From Bacteroidales bacterium (GTDB taxonomy: Bacteria; Bacteroidota; Bacteroidia; Bacteroidales; JAYRGN01), in the NCBI GenBank assembly GCA_041907825.1, contig JAYRGN010000004.1:36814-100813 (forward strand): a stretch of 64,000 nt of DNA, in the 5' to 3' direction. Within the stretch, counting starts at the first letter, position 1; each line of letters starts with the position of its first letter. A program made the translations under genes and the position numbers. Below, in pieces: positions 28,352 to 38,609 of this stretch. The notes beneath the pieces were generated by a model. That model was not told the DNA's origin, searched no databases, and was given only the letters and a program-made list of their open reading frames with translations.

Positions 28352-29320
28352 TTATCTTCTTCTTTCATCAGCCATCAGATAGTTGGTAACATAATCGGCT
28401 ACACCATCTTCAAGCGATGTAAAAGGTTTGTCGTAACCAATTCCTATTAATTTGCTCATATTGGCTTCGGTAAAATACTGATACTTATCACGAATATCGA
28501 TTGGTGTATCGACAAACGAAATATTTTCGGGTACACCCATCGATTTAAAGGTTGCACGGGTAAGATCGAGAAACGAACGCGCCTTACCTGTTCCAAGGTT
28601 ATAAATTCCTGAGTTCTTACGATGCTTCATTAAAAACATCATAACCTCGCAAACGTCTTTAACATAGACAAAATCACGCAGTTGTTCGCCATCACGATAT
28701 TTCGGATTATGCGAACGAAAAAGCTTCATCCCTCCGGTTGACTTTATCTGGTTGTATGCGTGCATGATAACGGAAGCCATGCGTCCTTTATGATATTCAT
28801 TAGGTCCGTAAACATTAAAAAATTTAAGTCCAGCCCAGAAAAAAGGTGTTTTTTCTTGTTTCAAAACCCATTTGTCAAATTCGTTTTTCGAATCGCCATA
28901 AGGATTTAAAGGTTGTAATTTCCCAATTATCGAATGATCATCATTATAACCCAGTTCTCCATCACCATAAGTAGCAGCAGACGATGCATAAACCATTGGT
29001 ATTCCGTACTGTGTACAAAGTGTAAAAACTTTCTGCGAATAACTAACGTTCAGTTTATCAAAAACAGCTTTGTCAAATTCGGTAGTATCGGTACGAGCTC
29101 CAAGGTGAAAAACAAACTCAACCATTTTATGATTGGCTTCGAGCCATGATGCAAATTCGTTACGATCAACTAATTGGTTGTAACATTTTTCTTTCCAGTT
29201 ACTTTCCTTTTCGGGACGATTAAAATCATCAACAAGAACAAGGTCATTAAAATTGTCGTCGTTAAGGCGGGCAACCAGGTTGCTACCTATAAATCCGGCG
29301 GCTCCGGTAACAATAATCAT
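28352..29320 (-). CDS. hldD: ADP-glyceromanno-heptose 6-epimerase (SDR/NAD-dependent epimerase)
   Basis: 322 aa containing MIIVTGAAGFIGSNLV and ASSAATYG...YGDSK. The length and C-terminal pattern resemble HldD/RfaD. Confidence 0.8.
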   Translation of the reverse strand: MIIVTGAAGFIGSNLVARLNDDNFNDLVLVDDFNRPEKESNWKEKCYNQLVDRNEFASWLEANHKMVEFVFHLGARTDTTEFDKAVFDKLNVSYSQKVFTLCTQYGIPMVYASSAATYGDGELGYNDDHSIIGKLQPLNPYGDSKNEFDKWVLKQEKTPFFWAGLKFFNVYGPNEYHKGRMASVIMHAYNQIKSTGGMKLFRSHNPKYRDGEQLRDFVYVKDVCEVMMFLMKHRKNSGIYNLGTGKARSFLDLTRATFKSMGVPENISFVDTPIDIRDKYQYFTEANMSKLIGIGYDKPFTSLEDGVADYVTNYLMADERRR

Positions 29321-29335
29321 ACGGAGTATTTTTTG

Positions 29336-30166
29336 TTATTGAATAAAAATATCATGTGTAATAGCAGGCAAAAGTCCGGCAGAATGCCCCTGTTCAAACA
29401 TAAACTGAATAGAAGAGCGTCCTTTCGGGCCCAAATCTACAGAATATTCGTTCACATACAAATCGATATGCTGTTTCATCACTTCAGTTTTCATTTCCTG
29501 TGCATGGTGACATACAAACGGCTGACTAGCTTCAGGATTAGCAAAGGCAAAGCGTACACTTTCGGCAATAGAATTGCTTAACTGTCTGATTATTTTATCT
29601 GGTAAACTTCTTTTTGCGACAATTCCACCAAGCGGAACCATATGCCCATAATGCGATTCCCAATATTCACCAATGTCAATAATTTTGTTCAAACCCTTCG
29701 CCTGATAAGTAAATCGACTTTCGTGAATAATAAGACCAGCATCGCATTCGTCACTCAAAACGGCTTCTTCTATATCCGAAAACAAGTATTCATGTTTGTT
29801 TTTTGCTCCGGGAAAAGCAGTACTAAACAATAAATTAGCAGTTGTATGAATGCCAGGAATTGCAATCTTCAAATCGTTAACCTCGTCGGGATATATTTTA
29901 CGTCGGCTAATTAGCAGCGGACCGTTTGCTCGGCCAATAGCACTTCCGGCATTAAGAATAATGTAATTATCAGAAATAGAAGGATATACTCCATAACTAA
30001 TTTTGCTGACATCTAATTCATGCGCCAGCACCATATTATTAAGTTCCTCTACATCTGCCATGTGTAGACTAAATTCGAGTCCTTTACTGTCTATTCGCTT
30101 ATTTACCAGTGCATCAAAGATAAATGTATCGTTCGGACAAGTTGAAAAACCTAAGCTAAGTTTCAC
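29336..30166 (-). CDS. mqnD: 1,4-dihydroxy-6-naphthoate synthase (futalosine-pathway menaquinone biosynthesis, VitK2_biosynth family)
   Basis: 276 aa. The N-terminus MKLSLGFSTCPNDTFIFDALV matches the LGFSPCPNDTF hallmark of MqnD rather than MqnA. Confidence 0.75.
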   Translation of the reverse strand: MKLSLGFSTCPNDTFIFDALVNKRIDSKGLEFSLHMADVEELNNMVLAHELDVSKISYGVYPSISDNYIILNAGSAIGRANGPLLISRRKIYPDEVNDLKIAIPGIHTTANLLFSTAFPGAKNKHEYLFSDIEEAVLSDECDAGLIIHESRFTYQAKGLNKIIDIGEYWESHYGHMVPLGGIVAKRSLPDKIIRQLSNSIAESVRFAFANPEASQPFVCHHAQEMKTEVMKQHIDLYVNEYSVDLGPKGRSSIQFMFEQGHSAGLLPAITHDIFIQ

Positions 30167-30484
30167 GAAATACAGAATTAATTATTCGATCAAATTGTAA
30201 ATAAATGTAAAATATGTGATTACAAGACATTACCATGTTAACAGTAATAAAGTTACAAGTATTTGTACATTACAAATCTCCGTTTACAAAGTTAAACGAA
30301 ACACCGGGCATGGCATAACCATTAACAAAAATGTTACATTCGTACATTAACAGGACTTGCTAAGAAACACTAATTTAGAAGCCTGAAAAATTAGAGGAAA
30401 TAGAATTTTTAAAAGAAAATTTATTGCCTATTTCTCTATAACATCCTGCTTAATAAATAAATACTTCAAATTAAAAACGATACT

Positions 30485-32104
30485 ATGGAAAAACTTCGAT
30501 TGCATTTACACGCACTGATTTCCGGCTTACTTTTATCTGTTGCGTGGATGGAATGGGGTACTGGACTTTCGCTTTTTATTGCTTTTGTTCCTCTTTTTAT
30601 GGTTGAACAGTTTATTCTTCGAGAGGGAACTTCTCATTCCGGAAGTCGCATGTTTTTTTATTCCCTTGAAGCTCTCCTTATTTGGAACATAATTGCCACT
30701 TGGTGGATTGGGTATGCAACCTTTTTTGGAGCCGTAGCTGCCATTATTATCAATGCTTCGCTGTTTACCAGTATTTTATGGCTTTACCACCAAACGCATA
30801 AAGCAACAAATCAGGTAATTGCATTTGCCGCACTCATTTGCTACTGGACTGGTTTTGAATACTTTTATTTAAACGCAGAAATTTCATGGCCCTGGTTAAA
30901 TCTTGGTAATGGTTTTGCCAATAATATTCATCTCATTCAATGGTACGAATACACCGGAACATTAGGTGGAACCATTTGGGTTTTAATTATTAATATTTTA
31001 ATATTCAGAGTATTGGATATTAAGTTCCAAAATCTGCCATTAAAGCAGCGAAAACCTGAAATTATTGCATTACCCACTATTTTGCTTTTTCCGATGCTGA
31101 TTTCATGGATATTATTTGCCACATATAAAGAAAAGCCTAATCCCCGCACAGTAGTTGTGGTTCAACCCAACATCGATCCTTATAACGAAAAATTTGACGG
31201 CTTAAGCTGGGAAGAACAATTGAATCGAATGCTCAGTCTTGCGGCTCAAAAAACCGATAAGCAAACCGATTACGTCGTCTTTCCTGAGACAGCCATCGAT
31301 AATGGAATTTGGGAAGAATTTATTGAAGACAACGAGTCTATTCGTCAGGTTCGTAGTTTTATGCGCAATTATCCTCATACTTGTCTGATTTCTGGTATTT
31401 TTTCACACAGAATGTATATTGATTCATTAGAGCGTTCATATACAGCACAATACAATAAACAGCGCGGTTTTTGGTACGACAGTTTTAATTCGTCTATGCA
31501 GGTCGATTCAACGTCTTATATACCAATCTATCATAAATCAAAATTAGTAGTTGGTGTAGAAATGCTGCCATATCCGAAATATATGCGCTTTCTAAGCAAA
31601 TATGCGATCGACCTTGGAGGAACATTTGGTAGTTTAGGCACGCAGGAAACTCGTGATGTGTTTGTAAATCCAAAAGATAGTACAAAGGTCGGAACAGCAA
31701 TTTGCTACGAATCAATTTACGGAGAGTTTTTCTCCGGATATGTCAAAAACGGAGCAAACCTGATGTTTGTAATCACTAACGACGGCTGGTGGCGCGATAC
31801 TCCGGGATATAAACAACATCATAGTTACTCCAGACTCAGAGCCATCGAAACCCGCCGCGATATTGCTCGTTCGGCAAATACAGGACGCTCTTCATTTATA
31901 AACCAACGTGGCGAGGTTTTACAAAGCACCACATGGTGGAAACAGGATGTCATTAAAGCCACTCTTAATGCCAACGATAAACTGACATTTTATACCCGGC
32001 ATGGTGATTATCTGGGGCGCTTATGTCTCTTCCTTTCTGCACTCATTGGATTATATGCAATGGCACAATCCTTGTTCTTAAAACCCAGAAAACATCAGGC
32101 ATAA
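30485..32104 (+). CDS. lnt: Apolipoprotein N-acyltransferase
   Basis: 539 aa with a multi-TM N-terminal half and a CN-hydrolase domain (VVFPETA, KSKLVVGVE, AICYESIYGEF). Confidence 0.85.
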   Translation: MEKLRLHLHALISGLLLSVAWMEWGTGLSLFIAFVPLFMVEQFILREGTSHSGSRMFFYSLEALLIWNIIATWWIGYATFFGAVAAIIINASLFTSILWLYHQTHKATNQVIAFAALICYWTGFEYFYLNAEISWPWLNLGNGFANNIHLIQWYEYTGTLGGTIWVLIINILIFRVLDIKFQNLPLKQRKPEIIALPTILLFPMLISWILFATYKEKPNPRTVVVVQPNIDPYNEKFDGLSWEEQLNRMLSLAAQKTDKQTDYVVFPETAIDNGIWEEFIEDNESIRQVRSFMRNYPHTCLISGIFSHRMYIDSLERSYTAQYNKQRGFWYDSFNSSMQVDSTSYIPIYHKSKLVVGVEMLPYPKYMRFLSKYAIDLGGTFGSLGTQETRDVFVNPKDSTKVGTAICYESIYGEFFSGYVKNGANLMFVITNDGWWRDTPGYKQHHSYSRLRAIETRRDIARSANTGRSSFINQRGEVLQSTTWWKQDVIKATLNANDKLTFYTRHGDYLGRLCLFLSALIGLYAMAQSLFLKPRKHQA

Positions 32105-32129
32105 CTTCAAATTTAGAATAACTCTCAAC

Positions 32130-32795
32130 ATGGTTTTATCTACACTTATCAATTTATTTAATAAGACAATACAGCATAAAAGATTGACAATAAACACTCT
32201 TTTAGCAGTATTTGTTCTTTTCCCCGCAATTATAAAAGCTCAGGAAACTCCTAAAGATTTAATATACAATGGCAAGCCAGGTATTACAAATTATCCATTT
32301 TTAATGGCGGGATTAGGAGGAACAAAAATAGACACTCTGCAAACGGTTACTTTCAGCCTTAAATTTGGAAGTATTCAAAACTTCAAAACAGGCTGGGCTT
32401 TTGACTTCTCGTTACAAATAACAGAAGATACACAAGATAAACTACAATCTGATTTATATTATACTTATATAACGGCACAGGCAGGGTTGGGATATTATAT
32501 TGTTCCTTTTCATAAATACAACTTCACCCTATTAGCAGGTGCCACAGGAGGAATTGGCGCCTTAATGCAATCGTACACCAATTATTACGATACCGGAACT
32601 GATGGTGGCAATTCTTTTACAAAAGCTTATTTATACGTAGAACCCTCAATGCATTTACTTTATTCTCTCTCAAACGGATTTAGCCTGGGCGTAACCAGCA
32701 ATTATCGTTTTGCCACACACTGTTCCAATACAGGGCTGCGCAGAAATGCGCTCAACTCGCTAAACATACAAGCTGAAATACTATTAGGCTTTTGA
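32130..32795 (+). CDS. Hypothetical outer-membrane beta-barrel-like protein
   Basis: 221 aa with a signal peptide (FPAIIKAQ), alternating aromatic/Gly-rich strands, and a terminal aromatic residue (LLGF). Confidence 0.55.
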   Translation: MVLSTLINLFNKTIQHKRLTINTLLAVFVLFPAIIKAQETPKDLIYNGKPGITNYPFLMAGLGGTKIDTLQTVTFSLKFGSIQNFKTGWAFDFSLQITEDTQDKLQSDLYYTYITAQAGLGYYIVPFHKYNFTLLAGATGGIGALMQSYTNYYDTGTDGGNSFTKAYLYVEPSMHLLYSLSNGFSLGVTSNYRFATHCSNTGLRRNALNSLNIQAEILLGF

Positions 32796-32805
32796 CAAAA
32801 AAGAA

Positions 32806-32830
32806 AGCTCCCGACAGGTAATCGGGAGCT
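32806..32830. terminator. Hairpin terminator between convergent genes
   Basis: agctcccga (32806-32814) pairs with tcgggagct (32822-32830). Confidence 0.6.
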
Positions 32831-32848
32831 TGATTCTCTCTTTTAGGC

Positions 32849-34399
32849 TCACATCACAAAGCCTTCTTTGTTGCGGTTAAAAAAGTGATACTGAAGAAAA
32901 TCGTACGAAGTCGATCCTGTCACTTTTATCCTGCATTTGTAATGCAGTGACCATTTAAGACTCAAAGGAATAAAACCTTTGTTAAAATAAGCCGCAACAA
33001 AAGGGTGAACCCTTATTTCTACAAAACCAACTTTTTCTCTATCTAAGATAGATTTTAGCTGATTTTCAATTTCATTGTCGAGCAAAATGCTCGGACGAAT
33101 TTGCCCTGTACCATTACAAGTAGGGCATTTTTCGATAACGTCGATGTTCATTTCGGGACGTACCCGCTGCCTCGTTATCTGCATTAACCCAAATTTACTC
33201 AGGGGAAGGATATTATGCTTGGCTCTGTCGTTAGCCATTGCTTCTTTCATCCTGTCAAAAACCATTTGTTTGTGATCGATATTTTGCATATCAATAAAGT
33301 CGACCACAACAATCCCCCCCATGTCTCTCAACTTTAACTGTCGTGCAATTTCTGTTGCTGCAATCAAGTTGACTTCTAGAGCATTCGTTTCCTGATCCTG
33401 TGCTGATTTCGAACGATTCCCGCTATTAACATCAATCACATGAAGCGCTTCAGTGTGCTCAATGATAAGATAGGCTCCGCTTTTCATTGAAACGGTTTTC
33501 CCAAAAAGCGATTTTATTTGCTTTTCGACACCAAAATGTTCAAAGATCGGAGCATTGCCTGTGTAAAGTTTTACAATATCTTCCTTCTCAGGAGCAATAG
33601 TTGCAATGTAGCTTTTTACCTCATCGACCAGAGCTTCATCGTTAAGCCAAATGTTACTAAACGAACCGTTGAGCATATCTCGTAATATAGCCGATGTTCG
33701 ACTTAGTTCGCTTACTACAATACGAGGAGCTTCATTCGGTTTTATCTGATCTATAGCGTTTTCCCATTTACGAACCAAACTTTTCAGCTCGGCATCAAGC
33801 TCCGCTACTTTTTTCCCTTCGGCAACGGTACGCACAATAACTCCATAGTTTTTGGGTTTTATGCTTGTTACCAATGTTTTAAGTCTGTTTCGTTCTTCAC
33901 TAGACGCAATCTTTTGTGATACAGATACTTTATCCGAAAAAGGAATGAGTACCAGATTACGTCCTGCAATCGAAATCTCAGAACTTAAACGAGGGCCTTT
34001 GGTCGAAATTGGCTCTTTGGCTATTTGTACAAGTACAAACTGGCCTGCAGCCAAAACATCGGCAATCTTTCCATTTTTGTCGATGTCTGGTTCATTTTTG
34101 AATCGCTGAAGCATAGGCACTTTACCCTTTCGGGCAAGTGTTGCATTCACGAATTTTTTCAGGGATGAAAACTGGGGTCCCAAGTCAAGATAATGCAAAA
34201 ACGCATCTTTTTCGTAACCAACGTCGACGAATGCAGCGTTTAGTCCAGGCATTGTCTTTTTAACCTTTCCCAGATAAATATCCCCTACAGCAAATTGTAG
34301 GTTGCTTTTCTCTTTATTAATCTCAGCTAGTTGCTTGTCAACCAATAAAGCGATAGCAATTTCAGAGGCAGTAACATCAATTACAAGTTCATTGTTCAA
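32849..34399 (-). CDS. rng: Ribonuclease G / Rne-Rng family endoribonuclease
   Basis: 516 aa. It has an S1 domain (GDIYLGKVKKTMPGLNAAFVDVG), the catalytic region EALHVIDVNSGN, and a CPTCNGTG zinc link. Confidence 0.9.
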   Translation of the reverse strand: MNNELVIDVTASEIAIALLVDKQLAEINKEKSNLQFAVGDIYLGKVKKTMPGLNAAFVDVGYEKDAFLHYLDLGPQFSSLKKFVNATLARKGKVPMLQRFKNEPDIDKNGKIADVLAAGQFVLVQIAKEPISTKGPRLSSEISIAGRNLVLIPFSDKVSVSQKIASSEERNRLKTLVTSIKPKNYGVIVRTVAEGKKVAELDAELKSLVRKWENAIDQIKPNEAPRIVVSELSRTSAILRDMLNGSFSNIWLNDEALVDEVKSYIATIAPEKEDIVKLYTGNAPIFEHFGVEKQIKSLFGKTVSMKSGAYLIIEHTEALHVIDVNSGNRSKSAQDQETNALEVNLIAATEIARQLKLRDMGGIVVVDFIDMQNIDHKQMVFDRMKEAMANDRAKHNILPLSKFGLMQITRQRVRPEMNIDVIEKCPTCNGTGQIRPSILLDNEIENQLKSILDREKVGFVEIRVHPFVAAYFNKGFIPLSLKWSLHYKCRIKVTGSTSYDFLQYHFFNRNKEGFVM

Positions 34400-34516
34400 T
34401 TCAATGTGGTTGTTTGAGGTTACTCATTTTGAATTAGATAACACCATAAAACGAACAAACCTAAAAAGCAACCGGGGCCTCTTAGGTTTATGTCCGATAA
34501 TGAAATAAATCAATGA

Positions 34517-34606
34517 TTATTTCTTCTTATGGCGATTTTTACGCAAGCGTTTTTTGCGCTTGTGTGTCGCCATTTTATGACGTTTACGTTTTTTACCGCT
34601 AGGCAT
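34517..34606 (-). CDS. 29-aa hyper-basic peptide, bS22-like (AURKAIP1/COX24-type small ribosomal protein) candidate
   Basis: Below the ORF-track length cutoff. My translation is MPSGKKRKRHKMATHKRKKRLRKNRHKKK*. It has 17 K/R and 3 H in 29 residues. It lies between HU and rng on the same strand, 16 bp downstream of the HU stop. Confidence 0.6.
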   Translation of the reverse strand: MPSGKKRKRHKMATHKRKKRLRKNRHKKK

Positions 34607-34622
34607 AATTGCTTTATTTTAA

Positions 34623-34907
34623 TTATTTAACATTCGATTTAACCTTGCTGACAAAAGTCTTAGCAGGTTTAAACGACGGAATTGAATGTTCCGGAATAAT
34701 AATCGTTGTGTTTTTAGAAATGTTACGAGCTGTTTTTTTAGCTCTTTTCTTAATAACAAAACTTCCGAAACCTCTTAAGTATACGTTTTTATCTTTTACT
34801 AAAGAGTCTTTTATTGCTTCCATGAAAGCTTCAACAGTCTTTTGGACTGTGATTTTTTCGATCCCAGTACTTTTAGAGATCTCGTTTACAATATCTGCTT
34901 TTGTCAT
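34623..34907 (-). CDS. hup: HU family DNA-binding protein
   Basis: 94 aa: MTKADIVNEISKSTGIEKITVQKTVEAFMEAIKDSL...VYLRGFGSFVIKKRAKKTARNISKNTTIIIPEHSIPSFKP. Confidence 0.92.
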   Translation of the reverse strand: MTKADIVNEISKSTGIEKITVQKTVEAFMEAIKDSLVKDKNVYLRGFGSFVIKKRAKKTARNISKNTTIIIPEHSIPSFKPAKTFVSKVKSNVK

Positions 34908-34962
34908 CGCAAAAATCCTTTAATTATCAATTATTTAGACTTGTTTTTCGAAATCCGAAGTG

Positions 34963-34970
34963 CAAATATA
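34963..34970 (-). promoter_or_regulatory. Candidate -7 box TATATTTG (minus strand) for hup
   Basis: The reverse complement of caaatata matches TAnnTTTG. It lies about 56 bp upstream of the hup ATG. Confidence 0.45.
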
Positions 34971-35045
34971 AAAGTTTTTTTTCCGTTTAAAGAAATAGTT
35001 ATCAATTATTTTTGCCGATTAAACAGTGTTAATCGGCACAAAGAT

Positions 35046-36107
35046 ATGGATTTTGCAAAGAAAATAACAAGGTGGTATCAAATAAACCACAGAGAATTAC
35101 CGTGGAGAGACACCCGCGATGCCTACAAAATCTGGTTATCAGAAGTTATACTGCAACAAACCAGGGTTTTACAGGGAATACCATTCTATCATTCTTTTAT
35201 TCAATCATTTCCAACAGTTTGTAAACTTGCAGAAGCCGACGAAGATCAGGTGCTGAAATTATGGCAAGGACTCGGCTATTATTCACGCGCCCGCAACCTA
35301 CATTCAACGGCTAAATATGTATGTAAAACATTAAACGGAAGATTTCCTGAAACTTTTGATGAATTAAAAAAACTCAAAGGTATTGGTAATTATACTGCTG
35401 CAGCGATTGCCTCAGTAGCATTCGATCAACAGGTTCCGGCTGTCGACGGAAATGTTCACCGTGTTTTATCCCGTGTTTACGGGCTAACATCGGCTGCCGG
35501 AAGTCCTAAAGCTTTTAAAGAGTGCTTTGATCTTTCAGAACAACTAATGACAGGCGTGTCTCCATCCGAATATAATCAGGCGCTCATGGATCTTGGAGCT
35601 TTAATATGCACCCCAAAACAGCCGAAGTGTTCAGAATGCCCGGTTTCTGATAATTGCATTGCTTTGCGCGACAATCTTATAAATGGAATTCCGGTGAAGA
35701 AAAAAAAGATAGTCCGGCAACAGCGATACTTTTATTATATAGCACTAAAATCTGCAACACAACTTGTGTTACAAAAAAGAAATGCTGGCGATATATGGGC
35801 TGGTTTGTATGAATTTCCGCTCATCGAAAGCCAAACGAAGCTAACAGAAGATTATATTTTTGAAAGTTCGTTATGGAAATCGTTAAATGTATCTCCTAAA
35901 ACAGTCTCAATCAAAATTTCAAAAACATACAAACACATATTATCTCACCAGGATATTTTTGCTCAATTTTTTATTGTACAGGTCGACTCGCTCCCTAATT
36001 TAACGGAAAACATGCAGGCAATTGATATCAAATCGATCCGTAATTTTGCTGTTTCCAGATTAACAGATCGTTTTATGGAAGAGATGAAGCTTTATCCTGA
36101 GTTTTGA
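35046..36107 (+). CDS. mutY: A/G-specific adenine DNA glycosylase
   Basis: Contains [21 protein letters not shown], the HhH-GPD motif ([17 protein letters not shown]), the 4Fe-4S loop [17 protein letters not shown], and a NUDIX-like C-terminus. The start was trimmed from 34842, because the longer ORF overlaps hup and its promoter. Confidence 0.9.
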   Translation: MDFAKKITRWYQINHRELPWRDTRDAYKIWLSEVILQQTRVLQGIPFYHSFIQSFPTVCKLAEADEDQVLKLWQGLGYYSRARNLHSTAKYVCKTLNGRFPETFDELKKLKGIGNYTAAAIASVAFDQQVPAVDGNVHRVLSRVYGLTSAAGSPKAFKECFDLSEQLMTGVSPSEYNQALMDLGALICTPKQPKCSECPVSDNCIALRDNLINGIPVKKKKIVRQQRYFYYIALKSATQLVLQKRNAGDIWAGLYEFPLIESQTKLTEDYIFESSLWKSLNVSPKTVSIKISKTYKHILSHQDIFAQFFIVQVDSLPNLTENMQAIDIKSIRNFAVSRLTDRFMEEMKLYPEF

Positions 36108-36163
36108 TTATCTCATTTTATTTTGTAGTTTTACTTCAAAACAACTTTAAAATCACTAATCCT

Positions 36164-36619
36164 ATGTCAGTTAATAAAGTTATTTTGGTCGGCAATGTTG
36201 GTAAAGATCCAGAAGTTCGCTACTTGGAAAATGGCGCAGCCGTATGTAATTTTCCTCTTGCAACCAGTGAATCATTCCGAAATAAAAACGGAGAGCGAGA
36301 AACCCGCACTGAATGGCATAATATTGTACTATGGCGCAGTTTAGCCGAAGTTGCCGAAAAATATGTTCGAAAAGGCTCTCAATTATATATAGAAGGGCAG
36401 ATAAGAACCCGTTCATGGGATGATCAGAATGGTGCAAAGCATTATACTACTGAAATATATGCAAATTCTATGCAAATGCTGGGTCGTAAATCTGATGAAC
36501 AACCTGCACCGTTGGCCAATCAGCAATCAGCGCCGCAAATAGCATCATCACCAGTCAATCAGGCTAATATCGAAAACGATCTGGCACCGCTTGATAGCTC
36601 TGATGACTTGCCATTTTAA
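36164..36619 (+). CDS. ssb: Single-stranded DNA-binding protein
   Basis: Contains [30 protein letters not shown] and the acidic tail DDLPF. The start was trimmed from 36104. Confidence 0.92.
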   Translation: MSVNKVILVGNVGKDPEVRYLENGAAVCNFPLATSESFRNKNGERETRTEWHNIVLWRSLAEVAEKYVRKGSQLYIEGQIRTRSWDDQNGAKHYTTEIYANSMQMLGRKSDEQPAPLANQQSAPQIASSPVNQANIENDLAPLDSSDDLPF

Positions 36620-36654
36620 GAACATCTTGTTATACTTGTGCTTAGAAACCACAA

Positions 36655-38016
36655 TTGTTTAGAATTTTGGAAACAGATTCCTATAGTATAACGGCCGGCT
36701 TTCTATCTAATGTTGATTTAAAACCATTTACATGGAATGCCGGCCTTGAATTATTAATTTTAGTGCTTCTTTTATTTTGTACTGCTTTAATTTCGGGTTC
36801 CGAAACTGCTTTTTTTTCGCTTTCGCCCGAAGAAAAGTTTAAGTTACAAAGTAAAAAACTCCGTAAATACAAACTGGCAACGCAACAACTTGAAAATCCT
36901 GATCGTTTACTATCAATCGTACTTATTCTCAATAATTTTATCAGTGTTGGGGTAGTTATTCTTTCGACCTACATTACTAATCAACTTTTCGATTTTTCTC
37001 ACTCTCCTTTGGTCGGCTTTTTGTTCGACGTGGTTGTGATTACATTTTTGTTATTGCTATTTGGTGAAATAATGCCAAAGATTTATGCCAATAGCCACGC
37101 GTTATCGTTTACGTTATTCATGGCTGTTCCTTTATTTTATCTTTCAAAGTTCCTTAAGCCACTGTCTAATCTTCTTATATCGTCTACACGCATCATTCAC
37201 AACCGTTTGGCAAGTAGAAAACAAAATATTTCTGTTTCAGATTTGTCTACCGCTCTTGAGCTTACACAGGGAACAATTGCCGAAGACAAGAACATATTGC
37301 ATGGAATTGTTCGCTTTGGAAGCATATCGGTACATGAAATTATGAAACCTCGTATCGATGTGGTTGCTGTTGATTACGACGAATCTTTTTCTTCACTTAT
37401 TTCAATCATCATAAAATCAGGATATTCCCGCATTCCTGTTTATGAAGAAACATTTGACACGGTTCGTGGAATATTGTATATCAAAGACTTACTTCCGTAT
37501 ATCAATAAAGAAAATAATTTTGCATGGCAATCACTTATCCGTGCACCTTATTATGTACCTGAATCAAAAAAAATTGACGATTTATTACAGGATTTTCAGG
37601 CTAACAAGGTGCATATGGCAATTGTAGTTGACGAATATGGAGGAACATCTGGTATTCTTACGCTAGAAGATATTTTGGAAGAAATTGTTGGTGATATTAC
37701 CGACGAATCGGACGATGAAGAATTGAATTACAAAAAATTATCAGAAAATTCATTTTTATTTGAAGGCAAAACACAACTTAATGATTTTCATAAGATTACA
37801 AAGACTGAAGAAAAAGAATTAGCCGAAATAAGGGGTGAAGCCGAAACGCTAGCAGGACTTATACTTGAGATAAAAGGAGAAATACCCGAAAAACACGACG
37901 AGATACATTATGGAAAATTTACCTTTGTAGTGGAGTCAAGCGACAAACGAAGAATTAAACAAATAAAAGTTACAATAGACAAGGCTCCTCTTGTTGACCC
38001 ACAAATAGACGAATGA
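36655..38016 (+). CDS. gldE: Gliding motility-associated protein GldE (DUF21-CBS pair-CorC_HlyC, CNNM family)
   Basis: 453 aa with DUF21 TM helices, a CBS pair (VHEIMKPRIDV, RIPVYEE) and a CorC_HlyC C-terminus. The order mutY-ssb-gldE-gldD matches Flavobacterium johnsoniae. The listed start is a TTG, so the start is uncertain. Confidence 0.75.
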   Translation: MFRILETDSYSITAGFLSNVDLKPFTWNAGLELLILVLLLFCTALISGSETAFFSLSPEEKFKLQSKKLRKYKLATQQLENPDRLLSIVLILNNFISVGVVILSTYITNQLFDFSHSPLVGFLFDVVVITFLLLLFGEIMPKIYANSHALSFTLFMAVPLFYLSKFLKPLSNLLISSTRIIHNRLASRKQNISVSDLSTALELTQGTIAEDKNILHGIVRFGSISVHEIMKPRIDVVAVDYDESFSSLISIIIKSGYSRIPVYEETFDTVRGILYIKDLLPYINKENNFAWQSLIRAPYYVPESKKIDDLLQDFQANKVHMAIVVDEYGGTSGILTLEDILEEIVGDITDESDDEELNYKKLSENSFLFEGKTQLNDFHKITKTEEKELAEIRGEAETLAGLILEIKGEIPEKHDEIHYGKFTFVVESSDKRRIKQIKVTIDKAPLVDPQIDE

Positions 38017-38603
38017 GAAAAATTTCAAGAACTATCCTTTTATTGATCGTTGCCATTGCCACTTTTAGTTCGTGTAAACGATCGACAACTCCAAAACCTG
38101 CAGGATATCTGCGAGTCGATTATCCTCAAAAAGCATATCAGAATTATACAGGCGAAGCTCCTTTTACTTTTCGATGTCCAGTATATGCATTTTTGCAGCC
38201 CGACAGCGATCGAAATGCATTACCGACCTGGTATAACCTCCGTATTTACAAGCTAAATGCCACGGTTCACTTAACCTATAAATCGGTAAACAAGAATCTG
38301 CCACAATTAACAGAAGAAGCCTATACCCTCGCCTACAAACATGCGGTAAAAGCAGATGCCATCAGAGAAATTGTAATCAACAATCCTAAAAATAAAGTGT
38401 ACGGGCTTGTTTATGAAATAAAAGGAAATGCGGCATCTCCGCTTCAATTCTATCTGACTGATAGTGTTCACAATTTTCTAAGAGGATCTTTATATTTTAT
38501 GTCGAAACCAAACAAAGACTCACTGGCTCCTGTTATAGCATTTGTAAGAGCGGATATAGACACAATGATTCAAACGCTTAACTGGAAATCTTTAAAAAAA
38601 TAG
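38013..38603 (+). CDS. gldD: Gliding motility lipoprotein GldD
   Basis: 196 aa with a lipobox (ATFSSC). PKPAGYLRVDYPQKAY resembles the GldD N-terminus. A 4-nt ATGA overlap links it to gldE. Confidence 0.7.
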   Translation: MRKISRTILLLIVAIATFSSCKRSTTPKPAGYLRVDYPQKAYQNYTGEAPFTFRCPVYAFLQPDSDRNALPTWYNLRIYKLNATVHLTYKSVNKNLPQLTEEAYTLAYKHAVKADAIREIVINNPKNKVYGLVYEIKGNAASPLQFYLTDSVHNFLRGSLYFMSKPNKDSLAPVIAFVRADIDTMIQTLNWKSLKK

Positions 38604-38609
38604 CATTGC

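Noticed and set aside
35016-35038. Hairpin gccgattaa-acagtg-ttaatcggc just upstream of the mutY start
   Set aside because: It is a 9-bp stem in a divergent promoter region, with no T-run and no gene to terminate. It might be a protein site, but I cannot support a function.
34609-35045. Plus-strand ORF 34609-34923, and the 5' extension of the mutY ORF back to 34842
   Set aside because: Both are antisense to the strongly supported HU gene and its promoter. The MutY homology begins at [12 protein letters not shown] (35046).
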